DNA of 47,172 nucleotides from NCBI GenBank assembly GCA_023231475.1, contig JALJEE010001153.1:1-47172 (forward strand). The letters are read 5' to 3'. The stretch is from Seison nebaliae. Lineage: Eukaryota. Below, in pieces: positions 9,305 to 24,300 of the stretch (positions within the stretch are counted from its first letter, which is position 1; every line of letters starts with the position of its first letter). Made by a program: the position numbers and the translations under genes. Under the pieces are notes generated by a model that saw nothing but the letters and a program-made list of their open reading frames with translations, was not told the origin of the DNA and did not search any database.

Positions 9305-12300
9305 TTATTTGTTCGCAGCTTTTCCATGTAAATAATAAATCCATTCAGTATTTCGTTCTTTGCCCTGTGAACTTTCAGTTAAATTGGTGGGTGCAATTAT
9401 CATTTTCGCCATAACGTCCGTTTTCATTTTCTTTTTCATATCGTCGAATGTGACGATGCATCTGTATGATTGCTTCGGTTTCAATTTTTCCACTTTCTTT
9501 GAGATGTGGAATGAGGGATGGTCTACTGTAAACGAGAATATGACGACTTCAGGATAAATATTCCTAAAAGTGATAGGAATGGATTGACCCGACGGTATGA
9601 TGAAAGGTCCCTGAGGTGTAGGATGTACACATTGACCCACTAACGGAAATTTGTACTGTCCTCCACTTGCCGATTGAATGATGAGAGTTGATTGATGAAC
9701 ATTATCACCTTTTGACGAAGAAGTGACATAAGTAGGTTCATAAACTACATCTAATGAAATGGTAGTACCAAATGTACCGGCTGGAGCTGGTGCCGCAGGT
9801 ACCTGTGAATCACATCGCCATTGATTGCTTTCGATGATGCAACTATATTCAGTTTTTTGTCGAGCAAAGTTCTTGAATTTCACAACTTGCTTTTGGGATG
9901 CACCTAATGCTGTAGAAAAATGAATAACTTGTTCCGATTTCGGTTTAGTCGCAGTTAAATTTAATTGATAAGAAAATAGGCCAAGTTCACTAGAAATTAA
10001 TTCTAAACTTGCACGAGTCTCTCCCACTTTGAGTGGGAGATATTCAAACGCACATTGGGCCGTACCTCGACCCGGTACTGTTATGGTATTAGGAACAATG
10101 ATATCAGCATGAGTAGCCGATACATTGAACGTCACAGAGTTGTTGAGTGGATTGGGTATATCAATTTTGTAATCTCTTCGTTGACGAACGGCAGTGGTTA
10201 GAGCAATGGAATCTATGAAATTCGGTTTTGTCGATCGATAAGTTAAGTCGAACCAAATATATTCTGATGTTAGATTATTTGTGAATTTCACTTCAATTTT
10301 CGTGATTCCTTCTTTGTGATTGAAAAATGTCAACATATAATCTGCACTTCCTGATGGTGACAATTCCATATAATCCACTCCCGTTAAATTAACAGTACTG
10401 TCATTTTGCAGTGCAATTTCATTGATTTCTTGAGGTGTGCCTTGATATTTGATAATGGTGCCATTGGCAGCAACTGTTTCCACTTTCAAGAAAACATGAA
10501 ATTTCTGAGACCTCTTCAACCAGTTCTCCAAATGTAACATCTGAGTGTAGGTTGTTTTGGCGGGTATATCTTGTTGAATACGTTTCTCGACTGGCGGTGG
10601 ATTTGCAATTCCGACTAAATTATATAAAATTGCTGATCCATTAGCTAGAGGAAAGAATAGAGTTCCGGTATGTGGTGAATTTTCTGCGGTCATTTGTACC
10701 GGATGATAATAGAGAGTGTAATTCGCCTTATCATAAGCCGGAACTGAAAAAGAGTTAGATCCGTTGAAATTATCGCTTTCAATGACCGGATTTAAATTCC
10801 AATTTTGTGCAGTCTTATTCTGTATAGTTACTAAACGGGAGATTGTTTCCCGGACACATGCTTGAAATGTTAAAATTTCACGTTGCGGTTGAACAATGGC
10901 ACAAGTTCCCGTGATATTTATAGACAAAGAAGGAATTCCTTGGTCGAAATGAAGGAGAACATTGTCAACATAATAATCGTCACTTTTCTTTTTTGGTGAG
11001 AAGGTTACTTCGAAAATGGTGTTCGTACCAGCTACAGAATAACCGCTTGCTGGAATAATATTGAAATCGGGACGACATCGTTGCAGATCCCAATTGAAAG
11101 CTGCACCAATATCTCCACTGTTTACTAATGTTAACATGTGAGTTGACTGACATCGCAACACTACGGCACCAAAAACGATATTATTCGTATCGAAGGTGAA
11201 TTCAGGTCCATGACAAGTGGCTTTAACGAGAAAAGACGGCTCCTTCCAACCCTCGCATTCAATCCACATTTCTTCAGTAAAAGTTGCCATTCGGTTTCTC
11301 GGTGAGAACGTAACAGAGACAGGAACTCTTGCTTTTGGATGAAGTATAATGTTCTTACTTGGTGTACATGTTATCGGATGAGACTTTCGTAACCGTGGAT
11401 GATGTGAATTAACATTCACCAAAGGAGCATTGGAACCTAATGATAAATCGCAGGTTAATAGCAATGGTGTTCTATTACAGAGGTCAACAGTTTGAGTGAG
11501 TACTGTGCCAATTTTACAAATACCCATATTCAACGTTCTAATGGGTTTGGCGTCTTTGGGCGAATTATGTTTTAATACGTCTACTTTAAAAGCGATTCCT
11601 CGACCTTTAACCAACAGTTGAAGAGTTTGCAAACCATTAATTTGGAATTCGATGGTATCTTCATATTTCTTCGCTATTCGTGGAGTAAATCGAAGTTTTG
11701 TCGTAATGGTTGATTGTTTTCTCACAAGTTGATTAACGAAATCATGACTCAAATGATTATTGGGTTGAAAGTTACATACGACGTTGTGGTCTCGTTTGTC
11801 GTTGTTCTTTATGAATATTACGGCTTCTTTCGGCTTCATTCCCGCACCAAATACCAGAACGTCCTTAAAATTAACTTGATTCGTTGACAATATAATTCCA
11901 GCGACTGCCACTGTTGCTTTCGTTTCAAAATAATATTTCTGTCCGTCAACTAAATTTAAACAGAATGAACCTTCCGCTTTATGACTGGTCTTGTTGTGAG
12001 GTTCGAAAAATAATTCGGTTGTTAATGTTTCGGATGGACCAATGGGGAATAATTGGTCGTCATTTGAAATTGTATTAGGAGATGTTAATTCGGCTTTCTT
12101 CGCCAATTCCTGCAAACCATTAGAATATTGTTGTAGTATTCTGAAATCGGTCGTTTTCATAGTTTCTGGTAAACCCATATGAATATTCTGTAGATTCTTC
12201 CAGGTGAAATTGATGGTGAAACTGGAAGGATTAGTGATATATAATTGTCTGATGACTGATTGATTGGGTTCGATTTTTCCAAAACAAATAACGGTTTTAT

Positions 12301-15300
12301 TGTTTGAATCTATTTCCGTTCGGATACCGTTAGCATTCATCACCTCCACATGTACTTCATTGACGTAACCGGAACCTTTAATATTTAAGGAAATCGGTTG
12401 TCTAGCACAATCTAATTTGACACGGACATTATAATTCGATTCACCAACATACGTTGGAATAAATTGAAGTTGAAACGGTAAACTGGAATTACGTGGAACT
12501 ATTCCAGAAGTTGGTGTCACTTTTAAATCTTTCACAAATCCTTTTTCATTCATCAACGATTTCTCAACGAGATTAAATCGAATGTCCCTAGATTCCATAT
12601 TCACCAACTTAATTTCTTCATGCACCGCACCTCGACCCAAAAGTACCGGTTTAAATTGTACTTTTGCCACACTAAAATAAACATGTGGCTCCGAACATAC
12701 ACCAACTACGATAAATGGAATTGTCATATTGAACTTTGGTATTTTCATGACCCAAAATGATTCGGTTAAACCGAATTGTCTCGGTGTGAACGTGAAACAA
12801 ACTTCACCAATTCTTCCTGTTTCTATCCAACAATTTGGTGTGACACAATCGAAAATATCTCTCTTAGATATGTCATCTAAACATTGCCATTCAACATTAT
12901 ATTTGACGTTCGTTGGGTTCCAAACATTGAATTTGAACTGAATCTTATTATTGAGTCCAATCGATTTCATTTCAATTACTCGAGTATCCGGATCTACAAC
13001 TGTTCCTGGTGGTGCTCCATTAGGACCAGGTAATTCGACGTTACGTCTTCCTAAAGTTAGATAAGTTGAATGTGGAATGTCAATGTGACAAAATGGTAAA
13101 TGGGATTGTCCCTTCACCGGAATTACTAATGGTAAGCCCAATAATAGTTGAGTATTCATGTCTTGTAATCGGTTGAGTTCAGGAAAACTATTTATATAAG
13201 TATTTGCCAGTCTAACCAAATTTCGATTTAACTCCAATTTCTTCATGTTGGAGAATTGGCAGACTAATTTTCCTTGTGAAGTATTCACTAGTAGTGGTCG
13301 GAAATATAATTGAAATTTGTGTTCGGTTTGACTCTTTATCACGCCGTTCATCGGCTTCACATAAAATGGAAGTGGTCCACTTGTCGATACATCAAATTCA
13401 GATTTCAGATCCATATGTTTCTCAGTATCTTTTGTATTCTTCAAATATTCTTGATGACACGTTTCAATACTATCCAACAATTTCTTTGTCATCAAATCCA
13501 AATTGAATTCTTCAACTTCCTTATTTTTATCGTTTTGATCCGGTTGCAATCGATTCGGTTTAGCCTGATCGGGTGAATCGAATTTCTTTTGTTTTTTATT
13601 CTTCTTCGGTTGACTTTTAATTGATAAACGGAGAAGTGATTCTCTCTCTTCCGATGTCTTATCTTCAGAATCGGCTCCCGTCATATCTGCTTGTCGTAAT
13701 TGTATGAAACTGTCGGCGAATCGGATTATCGATGGATCTTCCATAAAACATTTCCATTGGAAATGGATGTCAACTAGACTGCGATTATATAGAACAATCT
13801 CCACATATCGTTCTTGAAAAAGTAGAGTATCTTTGAAATGGAAAAAATTAAGAAATTTCTTCCTTTGATTATTGACCGATTGCATATCCGAATTCACATT
13901 CGAATCTTGAAAGATTTCACTATCATAACTTTGATTAACCACGATTACCGATCCCAAATCGGCAACAACCGATATCAACAGTTCAAGTTCTTCTACGATG
14001 TTTTTCGAACCATCCTCCACATGTTCCTTCCCAATCACCTCATATGCTGGTGGTGTTTGTATTTCCACGACACGAATACGACTCTTCTCACTCACATTAT
14101 CATCGACCTTATCCATTTCCACATCCTTCCATTTGACGACTTTTAATCGATCATCCCAATTGTTTGTCACCAAAGCTGGGGCATTGTAACGAATATGTTG
14201 AATTTGACATTTCACCAATTCATCTTCGATGAAACAAACTTTTTTTGCTTTGAATGTCAATATGATTTCTTTCGACGTATTGGGTAGAACATGGCCAACT
14301 TGAGGTGAGAAGAATAATTCATAGTTGTCCGTTTCGATTCTTTCCGACCAATCAAATCGAATTGGATACACCGAATTGAAATTTTGAATGAGGATCATCT
14401 TCAATTTCTCTTGATCAACAAAGGCTGATCCCAAATTCAATTGATTCTGTTGTACCACATTGGGAATCAACGCTTGGATGGGAACGGGTTTATGTAACGA
14501 TGTTGTACTTAAGGTAGATGGTAGACCTTGTTCGATAGCATGAATTTCATTCTTTTCCGTTTCTGCTAATGCTTGTCGATTTTCGATTAAATCTTCTCGA
14601 TTAACTTTGAAAGTGCTGAAATCCGATTCCGCTTGGATAATCGTCACATCATCCTCATAGCACGTACCGGTTATATAGATGACATGATCTTCATATTGGT
14701 TATGTTGTATTTGGATAGTTAATTCTCCTTCGAATTCACCCGGAATATCCGAAATGAAGAATACTTCCAAAATCAGTTCAGCCAAATAAGTTCCGAATTC
14801 ATATTTATATGTCTGACTTAACGTGTCGATGGAAGAATTACCTCGAAGCCAAAATACATTATTCGCATCGTTCATAGTAATATCGATTTCGGTGGGAAGA
14901 TGAGAATCATTTCTGATAATTAATTTACGATTTTGTTTCTCCGTCACATTCATTCGCCGGAAAGGTAAAAGAAGACGACGTTGCTCATCTCTTAAACTGG
15001 GTTGGATGATTTGAATTCTGGGAAGAATGCCATCACCCATTAACTCGAAGGAATGTAAGGGTTGAGGTGACTGATCTAAATAAATGTTGAGTGTACAAAC
15101 ATAACTCTGAATTGCTAGAGGTATAAATGATACGGTAACATAATAAGTGGAATGAGGTTCTACTCTGGTCGACGTTTCTTTGAATTGGAAGATATTTTGA
15201 GGTGAAAACGCATCATTATCTGTATCAATTACAATGGGTCGAGCTACATCAGCACCTTGTCCTTTCACATTCATCGTCGTTACATCAAATCGAACATCAC

Positions 15301-18300
15301 AAATGATTTTCTTCACATTAGCCAATTTAAAACGAGCCGTTCTCGTCAAACCGACGATGACTTGACCGAAATAAAATCGATTCTCTTCTCGACCATATAT
15401 ACCTTCGTTATTTGCAAATTCATTCTCCAACTGGATTCTTTTCAGATCTTCGTTGTTTGCCAAAGTTTCATCGGAAACCACTTTCAATTGGAGTGCTCGT
15501 AGATCGGCAACGGTCTTTGTTAAACTGTTAACAATTCGATGTTCCTCGAATATCTTTTCGGTTGAACCAACTTCCAAATCTAACCCTGGTTTGATGTTGT
15601 CGGCCTTTAACGGATATAAGACATGTGCTGATTCAGATGTTGGTTGATGAGCATTCTTATCGACGAAATCAATTCGCAAATATTCCATAACCACGTTCGA
15701 AATTTCTGAGTATAATTCGACGGTTACTATTTGACTCTGATCGACCCCTACAACTGCTGTAGATGGATATAGAGTATACGCTCCCACTGTCAATTTCTGA
15801 ACGTCCTTCATCATTTGAGCTGAATCTGTCAACGTTTTCGGTTCGACTTTGTTCGCATTCTTGTCTTTTTTCTCTTTCGTATGAGAGACAGGTGGAGGCG
15901 GTGCAGGTTTAGGTTCTTGTTGTTGAGACACTTCAGTTGTTCCACCAACACCCGCCGTTCGATGCCAAGATATCGTAAACTTCATATCAACTTCACCTCG
16001 ATTCGCTATCGTGAATTTCCGACGAGTACGAGAACCGACGATTGTTGAACCGAAATCAAGCTCATTTGAAGGTGTAAAGGAATATTTAATGGTGACAGTT
16101 TTCGCACTCATCTTTAAAGGAAGTACGGCGATCAACATTCCTTCCGTTCCCGCATTCGGTTCAATTATCTTACATTTAATGAGAGTGGCTTCTTTTATAT
16201 TAAATTCGCGAATTGGCATAACCGCAATATGAATTGGTGTACTTGTTACGGCTTGATTATTTCGATCTCCTGCACCAATGAGAGTGCCTTTGGCTGGAAA
16301 TACTTCGACGACATCAGTGAATTTCGGATCAATATTGAATTCATAAGATATTTCTTTCTTGCCTCGATTTCGAAGTAAGACACTTAACCGATTCTCATGA
16401 ACAACTGCTTCAGGTTGTTGTGTACTTGGTACTACTGTTTGTAACTCATTTAATTTACTTACAAAATTCGGTTGTACTCGAATAACTCCAAAATTGAGAA
16501 CGCCTTCGTTGCCTTTAGGAAATTGGATATCTACTTTCACATCATATGCTTCTACAGTCACCGTTATTAATTCGAAAGCAATCGTACCAATATGTCCATC
16601 CACATCACTAACTTCCAATTTCAATTGTTTCTTATCCTTCGCTGTAAACAGAAGAGGTTTCAACGCGTGAAAGTACAAAACTAAATCATATTCTTGTCGT
16701 GGTTGAATGACACCATTATCAGTAGTAACAGAAAACTCCTCTCCCAACTGTTCCACTCCAACCAATTTCCAAGCAATCGGTAAATTTATCGGATTTTTCA
16801 GAACGATCTTCCTCGTTTCTTTCCTTCTGATTACGACTTGGTCGAAATTGAAAACATTTCTATCCAATGATATATCTGGTTTGACACCTTGCACCGTTAT
16901 CTTAAATATCATTGGTTCAGGATTCTCTTTAATGCAACAAACGATACAATCGTTAAAATGTTGAACTGCACGCGGATAAGCATTAACAGTCAAGAAATTC
17001 TTCTTTCCAACTTCCAATAACATAGAAGTGGGATTTAAAATGAATGTATCGTTGTTCGTATCTTCCAATAAATAAAATGATAATTCTGCCGAAAAAGGAC
17101 CATTATTAACGATATGAAATTTCGTTTCGTATGGAGAACCGGCCGGTTGGAATTCACGACTGGCACCCACCCACACCGGACCAAAATGAAACGTTTCGTC
17201 ACTTAAACAAAATACCTTTCGATGTTTCTCCCATTCGGTAATTTTGCTAACCGTTCTACCCGGAAATATGACCCGCGGTTCCCGGCATATATTTGGAAAA
17301 GAACAAACCGCATGACAAGCAACTTGATAAACTTTTCTGTTATTCGAAGAATTGTAAAGTGGATCATATGAGGCACTTGTACAGCCAGCAATCATTTCGA
17401 AATTGAAAATTTGGTCATATTTGCCAATAGTGTCTGATTGGAAATAAATCGGTATTTTAATCTCTCCTTTTGGTTGAATGAGCCAACGGAACTGTCTCAG
17501 ATGTCCATCTTGATTAGTACTAATGTTGGGAACTTCGTGTTCGGAAGCGGTCGGTTGGACCGGTTTTTCTTGCGATGTAATTCGCACTTTTGAATGTGAA
17601 CCATGATTCTTCCCATGTTTGATTTGTTTATAATCTAAAACCGAAGCTACTTCCACTGCATCATTCTTCTTACTTTCAGTTTCTAACATATTCGGTTGTT
17701 CAATTGGTTTCTTTGGTGGTTCTAACAATGTCATATAATCATTGAGATTCTTATCATTCAAATCATGACTTACAAAAATAAAATGTTTTTTGTCCAAATG
17801 TGCCGGCGTTTTCCGTTTAGTTGGACATTGACAAATTGAGAAGACGGCTGGTTTCGGTATTGGCGGACCGTTTGGACCGACTCCCATACCATCTCGAATT
17901 TCATCAACAGATGGTAAGAGTTTAGCTAAAACTAATGACTTTACGCTACCTTCTGCACTGAAATCTGAAGAATAATTGGTGGCAATATGTGGCACATTTT
18001 CGATCGGTTCCTATTCGTTCCAAAAGAAAAATAATTAGAATGGGAAATTCTTTGGAAACGTAACAGAAAAAGGGAAACTTAATTAAATTTATAAAACAAT
18101 AAAAATTATATAATTTAAAAATTAATGTGAAATAAAAACAAATTATTTTTTTGATGAAAAAAAACTTACAGGTTGATCTTCTAATTTTTCTAGTCGAGTT
18201 CTCAAAATATTATTTAAAACACCTTTCGCCAAATTAGTGATTTCCGGATTTTTACGTACATAGTCCTCAATGAAAAAACTAAATTTCTTATCTGAACTTT

Positions 18301-21300
18301 CAGTACTATTAGGAGATGACGTTACTTTACTTGTTTGTGATTGAACAGCATCTAATTCATTTTCTTCGTCAACCAGTTGATTGATAAGAGTGGACAAGCG
18401 ATGGAAGAGTTCAAAAGATCTCAAACGATAACCGGCCATCAAATATTTTCGATATGATGAAAATAACCGATGAATGTCACGTCGACTATTCAAAGTTTGT
18501 GCTTTCGCTAATATTCGATCGAACGTATCTTTTAATTCGTTCGGTGCTATTCGTCCAAAATCGAACTCTGCAGGAAATTTGTTATAACGTCGTTCCAATT
18601 TCATTTCATATTCTCCACTCGCCGTCAAATTACTATACCGATTAGCACAATCTTCGATGGATGTGTTACTAGAACACGGACTAAAATTTGTGGTTTTTAT
18701 ATCTCCTAATTCTAAATTATATTTTCCATCATCGTCATTATTCTTCTTTTGCGTATGATATAAATGTTCGAGTAATGAGGGATCAGCGAAAATTTTCGAT
18801 TTCGTTACCATTTTCAATAACGCATTAATTTTCTCTGTGCCGAATTCTTTCTTGAAACTGGGACCCTTTTTCGCCAGTTTATCTAAAGGTAATTTCGTTC
18901 TCAAAGTGTTGCCCAATAAAGTAGTTTTGAGGTGGCAGACACTATTGACGAATGCAGTTTTCCTATTGATAGTACTGTGGCCATATCTTTTCATTTGTCT
19001 CCTCTGATAAAGTTCTCGTAAGGTACTGATAATTGGAGAGTTCTCCACTTCCAGACAGAATTCGTTAGCAAACAAACTGGAGTTAAGGAGGAGTCGTTGA
19101 AATTGAGGTATTCGAGCGGTTATACTTTCAATGTATTGTGCAAGATTCTTATGCTCTTCACAATTCCTCATAATACTCATTGGAAATACTTTATTTAACA
19201 TTTCTATCACCGGATATTTGGCCGCATTCGAATTCAATGTTGTCGCACCTTTATTATTAGCATTATTACTCGATTCGTTATATAAGTCTGGTACTTCAAC
19301 TTCGACTTCTTTGGATAATCGATGGAAAGCATTTAAACTTACTCTCACTCCAGTTAAAGTGGTAGATAGATTTAAAGTGTGCAATAACCGCATCATACAA
19401 ATATCCATTATCTTATCAATAAATGTTTTTTCCTTAATATTCTTCAATCTGAACAACTTCAATTTCTCTTTAATGGACAAGAGTACTGCAGCGGCTTTCT
19501 TATTTTTCGGATCAAATAATGCCCCCGGTTCTGCTAAATTATATTTTTCCGTTACCAGTTTCAACGATTCAATTAACTCGTGGGCGATAGTTATATCGAT
19601 ATCGATATCTAATTCGTTAGTTATAATTTTCACTACTTCAAATATATATTTCGGGTCGTTGATAATCTTATGGAGATAAGGCTTACTCATTGTTGCTTCT
19701 TTTCCTGGTAGTTGAAGATGTATATCTCTCGACATTTTCATCGAGAGTCCTCTATCTATTTCTTTCGTTAAACTCTATTTACATAATTCCTACTGAATTG
19801 TACATAATGGAAAAATGTTAACCTCGTTACTATGTTCGTCCAACGTATCGTCACCTTTCTTCTCATGTTTCGGTGACGCACTAACAACCGGTTTCGTCAC
19901 TTTCTTATTCGACGTATTCTTCTGTATTGCCATTGCACTTTCTTCCGCTCGTTTAATTTCTGGTGCCGATTGAGCCAAAATTCCTTTAAGAGAAATTGAT
20001 CAAATGAATAATTCACATCCAAAATAATAACCTTGTGTTCGATCCCAAAGATTGGCAATACATTTGATATCAGGCAAATAGTGGAAATAAGTGAAATATT
20101 CACGTTTCGTTTGAACGAACTCCTCTGACATTTTTAAGTTAAAAGGATCTTGTGCTACAAAACTCGCAACTATGAACAATTATCTTGATTTGAAATTTAA
20201 AGTACCAACTTACATTCGTTCCCTCGATGTGTTTCCTGGGACTAGGTGAACCATCTCCATTAACACTACCTTTCGCACTCGTTACCGAGTTTTCATCCCT
20301 TACTGATTTGGTGTTCGATTGGAATTGAGATCCTGATTAAAAAATTGAATATAGAATTATTTTTCTATTTTGTCTTCTCTCATTTCATCTAACCGATTAT
20401 CAGACCTTGTTGTTGCGAACTTTGTTGCATCAGATTTTGATTTGTTACTGGTAATATCTTCGATTTTTCCCCTTTACCTTTCTTCTTATTTCGCATTCTA
20501 AAATTTCCAAAATTCAATTACTCAATATCTATTTAATTGTTAACCTTTCTTCTTCTTCTAATTTGGTTTGAACGACTTGCTCCTCCAATTCTCGTAAGCG
20601 ACTAATTCGCTCAGTACGAATACGACTAATTCTGAATAATTCGAAATAGGAAATCATCAAATAATTTCTAGAAAGTGAAACTTCTTGCGGAATTTCCTTT
20701 TGATGTCTAATCGTTGTAATTCTAATGCCATCTTCTTCTTACGAGGTAACTTGTCATATTCTTCTTCCGTCATCTCTTCACGTAGTAACTGTTCACATAA
20801 CAGTTTTTCTCTTCTTAACGTTTCTTTGAATATGGATATGGGAAATAAATGGATATGAATAGAATAGAAACCTTTCATTTGAGCTTCGGCTGATTTCGTC
20901 TCTAGAAAATTCTCGTAAGTTTGATCGATTGTTAAGAAATGAATGAATCGTCGATTGTTAAATGCTCGCAATACCGCCAACATGGTCATGACACTATTCT
21001 TTGAATAATACGTATCTAATCCGTTGATGACAATTCCATATTCACAATCTGGTTGCTATGTTATATAATAAATTAATAATCATCTTAACATTATTAAAAA
21101 AAATTTAAAAAAAACCAAAAATCGTTCGGATAATATTTGAACGAATTCTTGTTCGGGTAAAATGCACGTCACCATTTTCTCGTTGATATGTGGAATGTTG
21201 ATCTTTTGAGGTTTTGGAGAAGTGATCAAGAACTTTTCCTAGAAATATATTAGAAACTCAACAAAAAATTCAAATTTCTCATCAAACCATATCTTTCTTT

Positions 21301-24300
21301 TCATCACCTCCTTCAGGTTTCTTGTCTTCTGCCGATGGATTCGTTCCTTGTACTTTCTTCTTCTTCACATTATTCGACTCAGGTTGAAGCGTCTCTGGCA
21401 TATGAGCAACTGTCGTTTGAACATCCTTCTCTTTTCCAGTTCGAGCTGCTTCGATCACTAACTTTCTCACACGTTCTGCAGCACTCGATGTTCCAAATGC
21501 GACAGCGTCTTTAATTATGTTATCGATTTTCAACAATTTCGCTTCATAAACTTTACTCAATTCTTCCGATAATTCATTTCGACCTGCATTTGGCGGTCCA
21601 TGGATAATCATCGCAATACCTCGTCGATGACGTGAAGCTTCTCCTTCTTCCGTTATATTGATATCAAGATAATTCGCTAACGATACCATCGTCGATGTCA
21701 TTCGAACTTCTCCGAAAGTCTGTTCACTTTGCAACGAACTATGTTTCTCAGTTTCACTCGTTTTATTCGGTTCTTTTTCTTTCTCTTCTTCTGGTTCCAT
21801 CCGTTGTTGAATATAAGAACTCACTAATTCGTTAGGCAAACCTTCACCCGCATTTCTCGGTGGTAATAATAAAGTACGATATTGGTCGTAGTTAGGAAGA
21901 CTCTTCAAAACCATTTCTTCCTCCAAATATCTGGGATCATGTTCCAAATTATAAATTTCGATGGGGAACTTGCACGGATTTTTTATGGATATCACACACT
22001 CTTCACCAATCGAATGAGGAAGTACTGGAGCGAATTTAAGTGAATTAGAAGCGTATTCTAAACTTGGCTCCAATCCTCGACCATGACAAACAATGACGGG
22101 ACGTCTCGAACTCTGATCGATTTTTATGGATAAACGTTCCTCCACTATTCGATCTTCATTCGGAACGAATTTCACTTGAACGATAGCTTTCTGTTTCGGT
22201 GCCAGAACACCTTCATTGGGTAACAATTCGAAATTTGGATGAAATTTCTGCGAGATCTCTTTCTTCTTCTTCTTCACATGCATCGGTTCAAATTTCTTCG
22301 CCAATTTTTGTTTCTTTGTAAAAATCGGTGCAATCGTAGACGACCATTCACAAGGAATTTCTTGATCGTTTGCAATTTGTATTGACATGACTTTTGCCTG
22401 ACCAATAACCACTTCTTCGAACGATAACAGATCGTCTGATAATCTCAAGTTCGGCATTGTCACTATCGCTTTCATGGTAATACCTAATTCCGGTCCATTT
22501 TGAATTAATATCGGTACGGAACCACTCGTTTCACCAAATTGTAATGACGAACTTTTAGCATCGAACACAATATCACAATCAACAGATTGATGTCCTTCAG
22601 CAAAAGGCGGAAGGCATTTCACTCGATCCACATCAACAAAGAATCCTGTACCTTGTAACTTCTCATTATCGACAATGAACGATAATGGTGTCGTTCCTGA
22701 ATTCATCAACGTAACTGTTCTCGTTTCAACATTTCCATAAATAACATAACCGAAATCGATGATATATTGTACCAATTTACCGGCTGTAGTATTTCGATAA
22801 GCCGAAACGTGTAAAACGGAACCGGTCGTAGAACCGGCTTCCATTGAACCGGCCGAACCACTAGAAGTGATTACTCGTTTTCTTCCAAATTTATTTTCAA
22901 TAGATGCTCGATAAAGAACGGACAATCGATCCATTTCTAAGTGGATCATAAAATCATTAGGAACAGTATTCGTCAATCTCTCCAATAATTGCAAATATGT
23001 TTCACATTGTTTCCTCATCATTCGCTTTTGCTCCAATGTTGGATGGGTGTTATCCAATTTGTGACATGTGGGAACACTTCGATCGGGCACTTTTTTCGGT
23101 TTCTCCGTAAACTCTAAATTATTATTCACCGTATTGAAATTCTCGAGAAGATGAGTTAATTTCTTATGAACTTCATCGAAATCGTTGTTTGTGCTACGTA
23201 ATATTTCCTCCACTTGAACGTTTGGTGTTGATAAATCGAAAGATAAAACATCTTGTAACGTCTTCTCTCGACATCGACATAAAGTTAAATTTTGAGATTC
23301 GATTTTTAGTTCGTTTAAAGCTAAATCATGTTGCCGAATCGGATTATTAAATTCTTCAGTGATAATATTCGTTTCCTCTCCTTTCTCCGTGTCCGCTTCA
23401 TTCGATGTATCGTCGTCTCTTTCGATTATTGATCCAACGAATGAAGTTAAATGATCTGCCGCATATTTCGAATCAAGTGCCTGTTCATGTATTGTAAGAT
23501 TACCTTCGGCTGCTAATGCAGGATTCCTTAATCGATTACACGTTAAACAACGATGAACATCTCGTATCATTAACGTTTCATATCGGTTGCGTAACGCTTC
23601 GAGATATAAGGACCGAATTGCTTCTTCCCTTAGTCGCTGATAAGTAATTGTAATAGGGATATTTTCATGAATATCAATTCCATATGAATCGTTATTGAAA
23701 TCTTCTGCCGTCTCCAAATTATGTTCATGATATGGAGACTGATACATGAATGTTCGATCACGCTCCAAATTCGCGACCAGATGAGGAAAAGTGGCATTTC
23801 CATAAATGTGAATTTCGTCCGGTTCATAATGAGCGATTTGTAAACGGAAATATGTGTGGAATTTACCTGGTAATCCTGGAAAATATCGAACACTCACTTC
23901 CGTAAACTGTTTCGCCGGAATGATACTATTTGCCGCTTTCACTATCGGTGTTCCTACTGGACAAACGTTCATCCCAGGTACAGTAACATTTGAAAATTTC
24001 TTCGTTAATTTTCCGTACATTTTCGGTTTGTTACTATCGTCGTCCTCGATACGTTGGAGGATGTTGATATCAAGCGGTACCATTCCTGTGTTGATGACTA
24101 ACAACTTCTGTTCTGTGACATCTTCGAAATGAACATCTCCAAAATCGATATCTAGCCGATCGATAGTATAAGAAACGATCGACGATGCTCCACGTAAATT
24201 AATCGGATATGTCTTCCCATCTACCACCGTACAGACAGCGGTTACTGATGCACTTAAGAAATTGTGTGCTTGGAAACTAACGGACAAAAATTGTTCTTCT

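Noticed and set aside
9305..17995. HYDIN split into two separate genes
   Set aside because: The downstream ORF begins at GTG right after a splice acceptor, and a chain of small exons links the two halves (one junction near 20160-20210 is ambiguous).
18143..19741. Independent nested gene or mobile-element ORF inside a 1.8-kb HYDIN intron
   Set aside because: Not excluded, but disfavoured. In-phase splice sites flank it on both sides, only ~80 nt separate it from the previous exon, and it has no transposase or RT motifs or terminal repeats.
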